From the NCBI RefSeq assembly GCF_000400465.1, contig NW_008806280.1, positions 360,001 through 392,000 of the forward strand: 32,000 nucleotides of DNA. The letters are read 5' to 3'. The DNA comes from Wallemia ichthyophaga EXF-994 (lineage: Eukaryota > Fungi > Basidiomycota). The position numbers and the translations under genes are program-made. Within the stretch, counting starts at the first letter, position 1; each line of letters starts with the position of its first letter. This document shows positions 1 through 10,794 of the stretch, piece by piece. The notes beneath the pieces are model-generated. The model saw nothing but the letters and a program-made list of their open reading frames with translations, did not search any database and was not told the DNA's origin.

Positions 1-472
1 TCCATGCTTTCTGTGTTGAGCTTCCAGAACTGAAGCATCTGGCTGGAGTTGTCTGCGGTCATGCTCTCCATCAAATAGACGTTCTGTCCCAGAGAGACGC
101 CAGGTGATTGGACGGTCATGGACTCTTGAGTCTCACTGTTAACAAGGTGACCTAGAAGATGTCAGAGATTATCAAATTTACGAACACATACCACCCACCG
201 AACTTTTCATTGTCGTCGTTATCGTTGTCGTATTCCATATATTGAGAGTTCACGGGTAGGAAGTTGACTGTGATAGGATCTTGCCCAGTGGTGAGAACGC
301 CGTTGTTGAGGCCAATTGGGATTGAAGTGTCGTCACTGGTGACCAAATTCATCGTCATGTTTGATGCGACGGCATCTTGGATTTCAATTGAGCCGACTTC
401 TTGCTGCCTCTTGACGGCAGCGGCAGCGGCGATGGCTGTAACAGAGGCAATCGAGGAAAGTGAGAAGTACAT
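1..472 (-). CDS. Secreted protein of unknown function, 3' end runs off the window
   Basis: Signal peptide MYFSLSSIASVTAIAAAAAV followed by a KR (Kex2-type) site. A GTGGGT..CTAG intron at 152-198 restores an open frame (EKFGHLVNSETQESMTVQ...LQFWKLNTESM) to the window edge. Confidence 0.7.
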
Positions 473-764
473 TGTGTAGTTGATGGTTGTTTACAAACAA
501 GATAATAGGCTCAATTTATAGGGCCAGCTTGGCATAATCACCCAGGTCAAACTCCCTTGGAAGTAGTCCGCTTACGATCATTCATTTCATGTTTATCTTC
601 CCGTATAGTAAGCTAATTTATAAATATTAGCCACAGCCACAATCCCACGCCGCTCATAAGATCTGCCAAGAGTGTTTCAAGATCCCAAATAAATGAAAAA
701 GAAGTGAGGCAATGCAAAATTCAGAATTTAATAAATGCTACACAATGAACTCCAACGACGTTAT

Positions 765-1586
765 TCAATCAGACTTTTTCAGCCACTGTGCAAAAGTCAA
801 CAAACCCGGAAATTCTTCGCGCAGAGCAGGAATATTAGCTTTGTAACCATCCGATCTGAACCAGTAGAACATTTTAGAAAAGTCATTTGACAGCAGAGAT
901 GGCGTGAAGCTAGGTAAATAAGCCTTCCAAGCTGGAGCGCCGTGTGCTGTATTATAAGCGTTCTGTATATCCGAGATAGACAACTCCTCTCCCGCCAGAG
1001 GAATAGATCTACCATTGTAGCGCTCCGGATGTTTGAGAGCGGTAGCTGCTACCCTACCTATATCGTCTACAGCGACAAGTTGAATTTTCTTGTCCAGAAT
1101 AGCCGCACTGAAAAGACCAATGGTGAGGAATGATTGCAGACCAGACTTCTTTGGGAAGTTGTCCATAAATGCTACTGGCTTGACTATTGTGTGGGGCAAA
1201 TTTGAATCTCTTATCATCTGCTCCACTTCGGCTTTGCTTTCGAAGTGTGGAACGTTGCTGCCTTTTGCGCTATCGACGCTCGTATAAACGACACGAATAT
1301 TGCGCTTCTTGGCCGCATCGATGAAGGCCTTCCCTTGGATGACTTCGTCGCTAGGTCCATTAGGGGCCATTGTAGTGACGAGGAAAGCAGCTTTGCAGCC
1401 TTCCATGGCATTGTATATTGTAAGACTATCCGTCAGGTCACCTTTGGCTATGTCGACACCCTCACCTTCCAGCTTCTTGGCTGCTTCTGAGGCTGGGTTC
1501 CTCACGAGAGCTCTCGTCTTCTCTCCTTTCAAGTGCTGGATAGTTGCATTTCCTTGCTGTCCAGTTGCGCCAGTGATTAAGTACAT
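765..1586 (-). CDS. NmrA-like atypical SDR, NAD(P)-binding, intronless
   Basis: LITGATGQQG Rossmann motif, KGDL, VVYTSV, PHFESKAEVE, KPVAFMDNF, IQLVAVDDIG and LAGEELS are typical NmrA-family motifs. Confidence 0.9.
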   Translation of the reverse strand: MYLITGATGQQGNATIQHLKGEKTRALVRNPASEAAKKLEGEGVDIAKGDLTDSLTIYNAMEGCKAAFLVTTMAPNGPSDEVIQGKAFIDAAKKRNIRVVYTSVDSAKGSNVPHFESKAEVEQMIRDSNLPHTIVKPVAFMDNFPKKSGLQSFLTIGLFSAAILDKKIQLVAVDDIGRVAATALKHPERYNGRSIPLAGEELSISDIQNAYNTAHGAPAWKAYLPSFTPSLLSNDFSKMFYWFRSDGYKANIPALREEFPGLLTFAQWLKKSD

Positions 1587-1931
1587 TCTTGTATTTACTG
1601 ATAGTGTGAACTGGAAAGTGATGTGCGGGGGTGGTTACCGAACTCGGAATTCGATATTCGGCGCAAACAGCGCATCCATAGCGCTAAGTTATTCTGACTT
1701 GCACACACACAAACACCAACCCATAACAAGTACTGACTGGGAGATGTTTGCGTAAACTCTCACGGTGAATTGATCAAATTGGTCAATCATTCTGACTATT
1801 CAGGTCAAAATTCAGGTCATAAAATGAATACAAGAAAAGAATAGGCAGAATCAGCAAACTAAAACTTAGCTTGAGCAAGTCATTGATGGGATAGTCTTGT
1901 TGATTTGCCTAAATGATGCAACTATTACGAT

Positions 1932-3448
1932 CTACTCGTTAGTGTAGACATCGCGATCACCCTCCCAAGATTGATCGAAGCCAGGTTTTTCATAACTCCA
2001 CTGAGAGCCCTGATTAAAAGCGGCTATGAGCTGCTGGGCGACTCTGCTCCAGATAGTGTCGTCGAAGCCCAGAGTGAGCAATTCAGGTGGGGTGTACTGG
2101 CAGAAATTGCAACCGTAGAAGGCGAGCGTGCGCACGGCCTTGGTCACATGTTCGTCATTCTGCTTGAGGGCATCATCTACCACTTGCAGCCAGATATTTG
2201 AGACATCCTCTGGCAGAGGTCTGTTATTGATCACCCTACTATTGGGTACAGATGGTCTGCCGCGGGCAACATATACCAACAGTGTAGCCCTGAGGTAGGC
2301 AGCTACGAAGAGACGCTTGTTGCGTGGATCTGGTGTGTGGGAGAGGACGTACGGAATGAAGTGGGAGGAATTGAGGATGTGAACCAAGCTGAAAAAGAGA
2401 AGAAAGAGTCAGCTAAGGCCACTAATTGCCACTGACGTCTTCCAAACTCACATAAATTCAGGCTTGAATTGTTTGCGCGCTTTGTAGCATCCATTCGCGT
2501 ACATAAACAGGGCAGCGAAAGCAAGCTCGCGAATGATATCATGTTCCTTCCCAGGAATTTCTGTAGCTGGCAAGTCAAAGTTGGCAGCCTCCTCTGCTAT
2601 GATTCCGCCAGCGAGTTTGTTCGTTGTAGAGAGAGCGCTATTATCTTCTCTGACTGGAGTGTGAGGGCTACTTGGAGACAAGTCTTCATTCTTGAGGACA
2701 TCCAACAAAACCTGCAATGCCGTCTTGCGTTGTGCGTTTGGCTTCTCTGGCTCATTCCAAAGATCAGCAGGTAAGACATTATTGTAGTCGGAATTGTGCG
2801 TCGCTGTCCAAGCGAATGCCTGAGCGAGAACCTCGCGCTTGTTGTCGAGGTGCTCAAATTCAAGCGCGTATCCCAGGTGTATAATCGGGTGTATAAGGCC
2901 AGAGAACAATCTCGAGAGCATCTGAGTGAGTTAGCAGGGTGTGGGACAATCGTCGACGGGGATACCTACAGACACGCCGCCATCGTTAGCTTCACGACTG
3001 TAAAGATATTTCTCGAGGAGAGTTGCAATGTCTTTGTTATCGCTATCCTTCACCGCCTCACGGAAATAGGAGAGGTAAGTGGTGTAGTTATCGCGGTTAC
3101 CGAGCAGCTCCACGTTATTCCAATTATCGTGGGTGATGCGCGTGCCTTTCTCGGCTGGACGAATAGGTTTCTGGTAGCCACTGGCAGCGGCAGCTACGCG
3201 GTTGAGAGCGTGTGGTTGTGCACCCATAGCATACGCGGCAAAGACGACGTGGGTGAAGTGGCTATGAGGCTGTGAGCGCTGGAGGAGTCGCCATATGCCA
3301 CGACGCACTTGTGGAAACCCATTTCGTTGAAGTAGGCATCATTTTTGCTTATGTCGGTGTTGACGAGTGTCTGTGCGAGCTTCTTCGATGTCGTTGTCGT
3401 GCCCGGCCACAGATTAGAGCGGAGGAGCGTGTTGATTGATGATGTCAT
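1932..3448 (-). CDS. Questin oxidase-like protein (GedK/AflY/HypA/BTG13, DUF4243 family)
   Basis: After removing three GT-AG introns (one at 2922-2969) the product reads FNEMGFHNHFTH, LFSGLIHPIIHLGYALEF, EFILVHILNSSHF, NDEHVTKAVRTL and C-terminal KPGFDQSW. Confidence 0.85.
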
Positions 3449-3578
3449 GATGAACGTAGCGGAGAGGATTGCGAGAGAGGATTCTTATAGCTGTGAGCTG
3501 TGTGTTCACTGTAGTCTGCGAATAATGATGTCACTAGATCCACATGACTTGTACATTCTTGCACTTTACGACCACGAT

Positions 3579-4416
3579 ATGTTGAACAGCACCAATCCGT
3601 TTGCTAGGCTGGTAGCGCAGGAGGGAGAAGAGCAGCGGCAGGCACAGCACCAGCATCACGCTCCCCCAGATACCCCAGATCATCCGCCTAAAGCAACACC
3701 CACAGCACCAGCACCATCACCGACACCACCACCGCTGCCCAACAGGCCGCACTCGCCGCCACAGCCACCGCGACCGAGCGAGCCACGCCCACGCCCACCA
3801 GCGACCGCTCTCGAGCAGCGATACGAGGAGGAAGAGCCACCGCCATATGAGGAGGTGATGAGTGACAGAGTGCTCGAGCAGGGCCCGCGTCGCCCCTACC
3901 CTGCAGCACCCGTGCAGTCTACCCAGCACACGCCTCTCAATTCCTACCACACTAATAGTCCCGCTACACCCGTGCATACCAGACCAGTAGGCGGTGGTTA
4001 TGGCGGTAACTATGGCAACAGCAGTCAGTCTCACCAACCCTACCAACCTTATTCTTATCGGCCGAGTGCGTGTCTTGGTTTTGGTTCGATGACGTACTAA
4101 CAGACGCACACACGCAGATTACTCCGGTTATCACAATTCAAGTACACACACAAACACGAACACTCATCGCAGTGCTCCTCACATTAGCGGCATTATTCGT
4201 TCAGGTAGACCACCACCCGGTGCTGTAGTTTACCAGTCAGGCGATCCAAGGAGTGAGTGTGTTTTAAGGCTTTTTTGCAGACTCTGATAACACCACCCAT
4301 CAGTCGGCGGATCCTTCTGCTACAAGTGCGACGGCACCGGCAAGCGCACTGACTGGCTCTTCGGCTTCTCCGAGACGTGCTACAAGTGTGGTGGGATTGG
4401 CAGGCGGTTCCATTGA
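3579..4416 (+). CDS. HUA1-like proline-rich zinc-finger protein
   Basis: Introns at 4066-4117 and 4253-4303. The C-terminus PPPGAVVYQSGDPRIGGSFCYKCDGTG...CYKCGGIGR matches the HUA1 GDPRxGG-CxxC signature. N-terminal NPF and PPPY motifs. Confidence 0.75.
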
Positions 4417-4597
4417 ACAATACATGGCACACCACATTCACCATCTAGATAAAGAAAATGATATATTAAACTTGATAGTTCCATGTTTGGTTGGTGTATT
4501 AGTATTACGTGTATAACTAATGCTTTTTGACGAGTTTGGGTGCAGTTGGTCAGTTGCACATTTGCCTACACTTACACCTCCACACACCTCCACTCCT

Positions 4598-6261
4598 CTA
4601 CACACTCCCACACACGCTCAGCTTTTCCTTGAGAGCGCGCCACGCCGCGGTGCTATCGCTGAAGCGGAGAACATGAGTCTCGGTGAGTGTAGAGACGACG
4701 TTGTTGATGAGAGGAGTTTCTGTAGCCTGTAGCTGAATGAGTTCCGACCAAATACAAAAGCGCGCGAACTGGCGCTTAGTGAGAGCATGTTGAATCTGCG
4801 ATTGCGCCGAGTCGATGATGGTATTTTGCGAGTGAATTTCGTCCTCAAACGATCTTCTCTGCTTGAGGTCGTTGACTGAGTCTAAGGCCATGGCAAGTGT
4901 GTGCACTTTACGTTGAGAGCGTTCCATATTTCTCTTGAGTTTATCCACCGAATGTGGGGTGAGGCGGTCGTAGCGAGCGAGGAGGGCGAGATAGGCCATG
5001 TAGAGGTCGCGAACGTAGCGGGCCGCTTCGAGTGCTTGAAGAGACATATCTAGTGTGCGGTCGTATGCGACGGCAGCATACTCCTCGAGTCCCCCGCGCG
5101 TGCGCTGCAGCTGCTCACTCTCCCCACGTCCCCACGCTTGACTGTCGCTGTCGATAACCGTACCGAGCGTGTTGCTAAGCGTGACGTAGTCGCGCGCATC
5201 CGTCTCGTTGCGCTTAATGATTCGCTCTAGTTGCCCACATAACTCTGCCCAGTGCTCGATGAGAGCTGGGAGACGCACGCGTAGCTTGTCGATGCGCTCA
5301 TCGAGGTCGGTAGGGATTGACATGGCTTTCACTCGGCTAAGCACTTGTGACTCCTCCTCCAAAGACACCTTGGTGCTCTTGCGCCAGCTTTCCAGGCTCG
5401 GCGTCTCAAGGAAGGTCAGTACTAGCCCGTCTTTCTGCAGGATGGGATGGTTTATGGTAAAATTCATAAAACGCTGTAAACCGCGACGACGCGTCTCGAG
5501 GAAATTGGCATCGGTCGACAGACTGTGCCCGCCCAAGGTTAAGCGCTTCGGAGGGAGGTTGGGCACGAGGCGGAAGGGGTAGCGCGTCATGAGACAGTCG
5601 TGCAGCCAGACAAAGTCAGAGAAACGACGACTGACGCTGCCATTGTCGGACTTGTCGATGGTATAGTTGTGGTGGGTGAAGAAGAAGCCCTCCTTCTCGC
5701 CCTCGAGGCGTACGGAGACGGTGTCACTCATTTCTTGCGCACTCACCGCCCAGCCGTCTTCGTGGAGCTGAGGAGACTCGTTGGCCAAGTGGGGAAAGGG
5801 AATCGGTGGCTTGGACATGGTGACCACGTCGATGAGCAGTTCCTGGCCCTGCTGCGCATATGCAGCCAGCGCCAAAGCGAACTGGAACTCAGATTTCTGG
5901 ACAACACGGCCGCGGACAGTGAGGCCGAGGATCTGTAGGAGTGGGTGAGCGAGTGTGTCGGGAGCGTGCACCCACGCACCTTCTCGGTACTCCTCGCCGG
6001 GAGCTCAGTCCTGAAAAGCAATTGCTGGAGATGGGCAATAGAGAGATCGCCATTCGCAGTCAAATCAATCCAAAATTGCTCATATTCGTCTGCGAAATAA
6101 TCATCTGGTACGAGGTTATCGAGGTATGACGACGGCGTCTGCATCGGTGCTGAGTACGCGTTCCAAGGACTCCAGGGATTTGATGCGCTTTCGTGCGGTG
6201 ATTCTGGAGTGCCAGCAACGTGCTCAACCTGCGTCACTGATTTCGCTGATGCGCTCTCCAT
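4598..6261 (-). CDS. MVP1: Sorting nexin Mvp1/SNX8 (PX-BAR)
   Basis: PX motifs VSRRFSDFVWLHDCL and YPFRLVPNLPPKR, then FLETRRRGLQRFMN and a helical BAR region. One GTGCGT..CAG intron joins STEK|ILGL. The exact C-terminal stop is uncertain because of a possible terminal intron. Confidence 0.85.
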
Positions 6262-6340
6262 TCTTCGCTCGTCTTGAAGAATCACTTAAAAACTGGAACA
6301 ATTAATTATCTGTCGACGTGCAAAATTTATATCTATACAT

Positions 6341-8022
6341 CTACTTCTTAGCATTACGCTTAGATAACGCCTTATCTGAAGGTGTCCTCTTGTTCTTCTT
6401 CCCCGGCTTCTTCTCACTCACCTTCCTCCTCGGCTTGTTGAGTGTCATCTTCTGATCCCCCTGCTTCTTAGACAACGCTTGCTGCTTCTTCGCTGTGCGT
6501 CGTGCTTGCCTTACTCCATCCGCCGCTTTGATCGTCTTTCGCGTCTCTTTCGTCATTTCTGACAGCTTCTCCCCGAGCGCAGGGTCGCCCCTGACAATCT
6601 TGCCCGCTTTAGCCGATATACCCGACGCTTTCTTTGACTCCTTGGCTTCCTTCTTGTCGTCTCGCTTAAGATCCTCCTGTGGCTTCTGCTTTCCAGATGC
6701 TTTCGATTTTGCGAATCGCAGCGTGCGCTTGTTCAGCCGTCTGCGCTCATCGGGCAGCAGAAGCAGCTCTTGGACGCAATCATTATCCGCTAGATGCACA
6801 TACCCGAACCCTTTTCCGAGCTGTGTGTCTGGATCGCGCACTATCCTCACACCTCTAACCCACGACTTGGCTTTATCGTCCTTATCTACTCCAACATACT
6901 CGCCCTTCTCCTCTTTGAGCAGCTTTTCTATAAACTCACCCAACTCTGTCTCCTTCTGTGCGAAATCCAATCTGCCAACGTAGAGAGTGCGCTTAGCCAT
7001 GTCTTTGTCAATATGCCAGCTAGTGCCCTTCTTGTCGAGATTGAGTACGCGATCAACGCGCAAGACTCTTCCTTCAAACGTTGTACCATTACCACGCTCA
7101 ACGACCTTCTGAGCTACTTGTGAAGGTGGCACATCTTTGTCTTTGTTGTTGAGCAGAGTGACATCATTCGGTCTCCTAAACCCAAAGACAACGTATGCGT
7201 TGACGGAAGCAGCGTCTGGATGGAGGTCATGCTTTATGAATGCCACTTTGCGCTTCTGTTTTGGTGTTTGATAGCGATTGTTATCAGCTTCTGATTTTGC
7301 AGATGCTGATGTGGGCACACTAAAAGCAACGGATCTAAAGCGCGTGCTGTCGTGTTTAGCTGTCGGTGGTAGTTCAGAGACTTGCATGAGGTGTTGAACG
7401 AGTCTCTTGGACAGTGACTGGATTTCTGGTTAGCTGGGAGTGTAAAAAGCCTCAAACTCACTTTATTCTTGGCTGCTTCGGCTGGAACATTACCGACAAA
7501 GATTGTTCTGTTGTTCTTCTGCTCGGGTGTCTCGTCTTCAATCTTGTACACCCGCGGAGCTTGCTTCTTTTTCGTGTCCTTCTTCTTGTCGTGGATGTCG
7601 TCGTTGTCGTCGTTGTCGTCTTCCCACTCGTTGTCATCGGCTTTGAGATCGTCATCGTCTCTTCCCATCTCTTTAGCGAATTCCGCGAGAGTTTCGTCAT
7701 CAATGTCTTCTTGGTTGTTAATGTTGTTGTCGCTGTGATGGCCGTCGTTATCCTTCTTGTTATCGCCGTCGCTATCACCGTCGCTGTTGCTGTTGCTTCC
7801 ACCACCACCATCACCACGACCAGTTGATGGCTTTGACTTATTAAGAGAGCTAACAGCATCCTTAACCTTCTTCACCTGGGCTTTGTGATCAACCTTTCTA
7901 GATTTCACAGTGGACGGACCAGCGCTGGATGTAAACAAGCTATCCAGTTCCTTATCAAAGTTATCTTCTTTATCTCCCTTATCTCCCTTACGATGTTCCT
8001 CGGGTGATTTGCGTTTAACCAT
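6341..8022 (-). CDS. NOP12: Nucleolar protein 12 (two RRMs)
   Basis: RTIFVGNVP, RFRSVAF, SVNAYVVF, FEGRVLRVD, LYVGRLDF and VRIVRDPDTQLGKGFGYV; K/D-rich N-terminus and K-rich C-terminus. One intron after AKNK. Confidence 0.9.
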
Positions 8023-8351
8023 AATGGATGTATCCTGCGAAGAAGAAATTTTACATGAGAAGCGAGATGAAATGGAGATAGGCAATGTAAGTGGAGATGT
8101 CAGTGGTATCTCGACATACGATTCAATCTAAAGTCGTTAGCTGCACCTCGAGTGACAGCGAACAATCTTTGTAGATTTTCAAGTGGAGCGCTACAAAATA
8201 ATCTTATAACATGCATACACTGCTCAAGTTATACTCTATTTTACTCATCTCCCCTCCTTCCACTCGCCTTTAGAATTTTTTATTCAACAGAATCTTCGCA
8301 TTTCAAATCAGCATCAGCTTTTTGTCCTACCACCACTTTGGTTAATTAGTT

Positions 8352-10461
8352 ATGTGAGTTTGAAAGGCGCACGCAGCGTAACACTCACATTTTATAGGTC
8401 AACTGAGCAGCAACCAACACAACCACAAACTGCTGTCCCAGCAATTGGTATCGATCTTGTGAGTTTCATTGCTGGAGTGGCCTTTTTATTTCAGAATCTT
8501 GTGCGGATCGGCTTGGAGATTATGAGCCTTTATTTCTCGGCTTTTTTTCTTCATTTCTCCCCTTTTCAGGCTGATATGAAATTTTGCCATCTTCTCAGCA
8601 AATCCCCAAGATTCTGATACAGCCACCACGCTCCCCACTCCATTTCTAACGCCTTCTCCAGGGTACCACCTACTCTTGTGCTGGTGTCTGGCAAAACGAC
8701 AGAGTCGAAATCATCGCCAACGACCAAGGTAACCGTACCACCCCATCTTACGTTGCCTTCAACGACGCTGAACGTCTCATCGGTGATGCTGCCAAGAACC
8801 AATCTGCTATGAACCCAAAGAACACCGTCTTCGACGTTAAGCGTCTCATCGGTCGCCGCACCGACGACGACGAGGTCAAGAAGGACCAAAAGGCCTGGCC
8901 TTTCCAAATTGTCGACAAGGATGGTTCCCCTGTCGTCAAGGTTTCTTTCAAGGGCGAAGACAAGCAATTCTCCCCACAAGAAATCTCCGCCATGGTTCTC
9001 ACCAAGATGAAGGAAATTGCTGAAGCTAAGCTCGACTCTGAAGTCACCAAGGCTGTCATTACCGTCCCAGCTTACTTCAACGACTCCCAACGTCTTGCCA
9101 CCAAGGACGCTGGTGTTATCGCCGGTCTCGAAGTCCTCCGTATCATCAACGAGCCAACTGCCGCCGCTATTGCTTACGGTCTTGACTCAAAGTCTTCTGA
9201 GGAGAAGAACGTCCTCATTTTCGACTTGGGTGGTGGTACTTTCGATGTTTCCCTCCTCAACATCACTGGTGGTGTTTTCGCTGTCAAGGCTACCGCTGGT
9301 GACACTCACTTGGGTGGTGAGGACTTTGACAACACCCTCCTTGAACACTTCAAGGCTGAGTTCCAACGTAAGAACAAGGTCGACATTAGCGATGATGCTC
9401 GTGCTATGCGTCGTCTCCGCTCTGCTTGTGAGCGTGCTAAGCGTACCCTCTCATCTGTCACTCAAACCACCGTCGAGGTTGACTCTCTTTTCAACGGTAT
9501 CGACTTCCAAGCAAACATCACCCGTGCACGTTTCGAGGAGATCAACGCTGACAAGTTCAAGTCAACCATCGACCCAGTCGCCCGTGTCCTTAAGGATGCT
9601 AAGATTTCAACCACAAAGGTTGACGAGATTGTTCTCGTTGGTGGTTCAACCCGTATTCCAAAGGTTCAATCTCTTGTTTCCGACCACTTTGGCGGTAAGC
9701 AATTGAACAAGTCCATCAACCCAGATGAGGCTGTTGCATACGGTGCTGCTGTTCAAGCTGCTGTCCTCACTGGTCACACCTCGGACAAGACAGCTGACCT
9801 TCTCCTCTTGGATGTTGCCCCACTTTCCCTCGGTGTTGCTATGCAAGGTGATGTCTTCGGTAGCGTTGTCCCACGTAACACTCCAATCCCATGCAACAAG
9901 TCACGTACTTTCACCACGGTTGAAGACAACCAAACTCAAGTTACTTTCCCAGTCTACGAGGGTGAGCGTACTCAATGTCGTGACAACAGACTTCTCGGTG
10001 AATTTGAACTCACTGGTATTCCACCAATGCCAAGAGGTCAAGCTGAGCTCCACTGTACCTTTGAAGTTGACGCCAACGGTTTGTTGAAGGTTTCTGCTCA
10101 AGACAAGGCATCTGGCAGACAAGCTAACATCACCATCACCAACTCAGTTGGTAGACTCTCATCAACTGAGATTGACCAAATGATTAAGGATGCTGAGCAA
10201 TTCAAGCAATCTGACAAGGAATTCACCGCTAAGCACGAAGCCAAGTCAGAGTTAGAGGCTCAAATCTCTCAAGTGGAGTCTACCATCACCTCACCAGAAT
10301 TCGGTATGAAGCTCAAGAGGAACCAAAAGGCAGCAGTTGAGTCTGAACTCGCAAAGGCCCTTGAGAAGCTCGAAGTTGAAGACAGCACAGCAGATGAACT
10401 TAGAAAGAGCCAATTGCTCATCAAGCGTTCAATGCAAAAAGCAGTCGGAGGTGGTCGTTAA
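8352..10461 (+). CDS. SSB1: Ribosome-associated Hsp70, Ssb type
   Basis: AIGIDL|[44 protein letters not shown]. Ssb-specific [17 protein letters not shown] and [10 protein letters not shown], no C-terminal EEVD, strong codon bias. Introns at 8354-8397 (splits the ATG) and 8459-8661. Confidence 0.95.
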
Positions 10462-10794
10462 ATTACGTAGTCGCTCTATTACTACCGGTGTAAAATTTAT
10501 TCATTTTTCTTCTTCTCTAGTGATAGACTGTTTGTACTGTATGTTGATTGCCGTGGAACAACGTCGAGGAAGAAGATTTTACATGACGTAGATCGACTTG
10601 AAAGTTAGAAGGTAATTAAAGCGAGTTGGAGGAGAGGTTCACAATCACAAACCACAAATCAGCTCGATAAAATATTACAATCTGCCAATTCCGTCAAACA
10701 ATTTTCACCAATCTCAGAACGCTCCAATCAACGACTAAATAAAGAAACACAAAAAGTTTTTGACACATCAAAGAGTCTTTAAGGCTACAGACAT

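Noticed and set aside
3345-3578. N-terminal extension of the 251-aa HUA1 ORF
   Set aside because: It overlaps the antisense start of the questin oxidase gene; the ATG at 3579 is the more plausible start.
8244-8251. PAC-like CTCATCTC motif in the NOP12/SSB spacer
   Set aside because: The same 8-mer occurs at 15883 and 16129 in unrelated DNA, and the motif is not established in basidiomycetes.
8566-9090. 174-aa antisense ORF and other alternative-frame ORFs over Hsp70
   Set aside because: Long antisense ORFs over strongly codon-biased Hsp70 genes are a known shadow artefact; no independent motifs.
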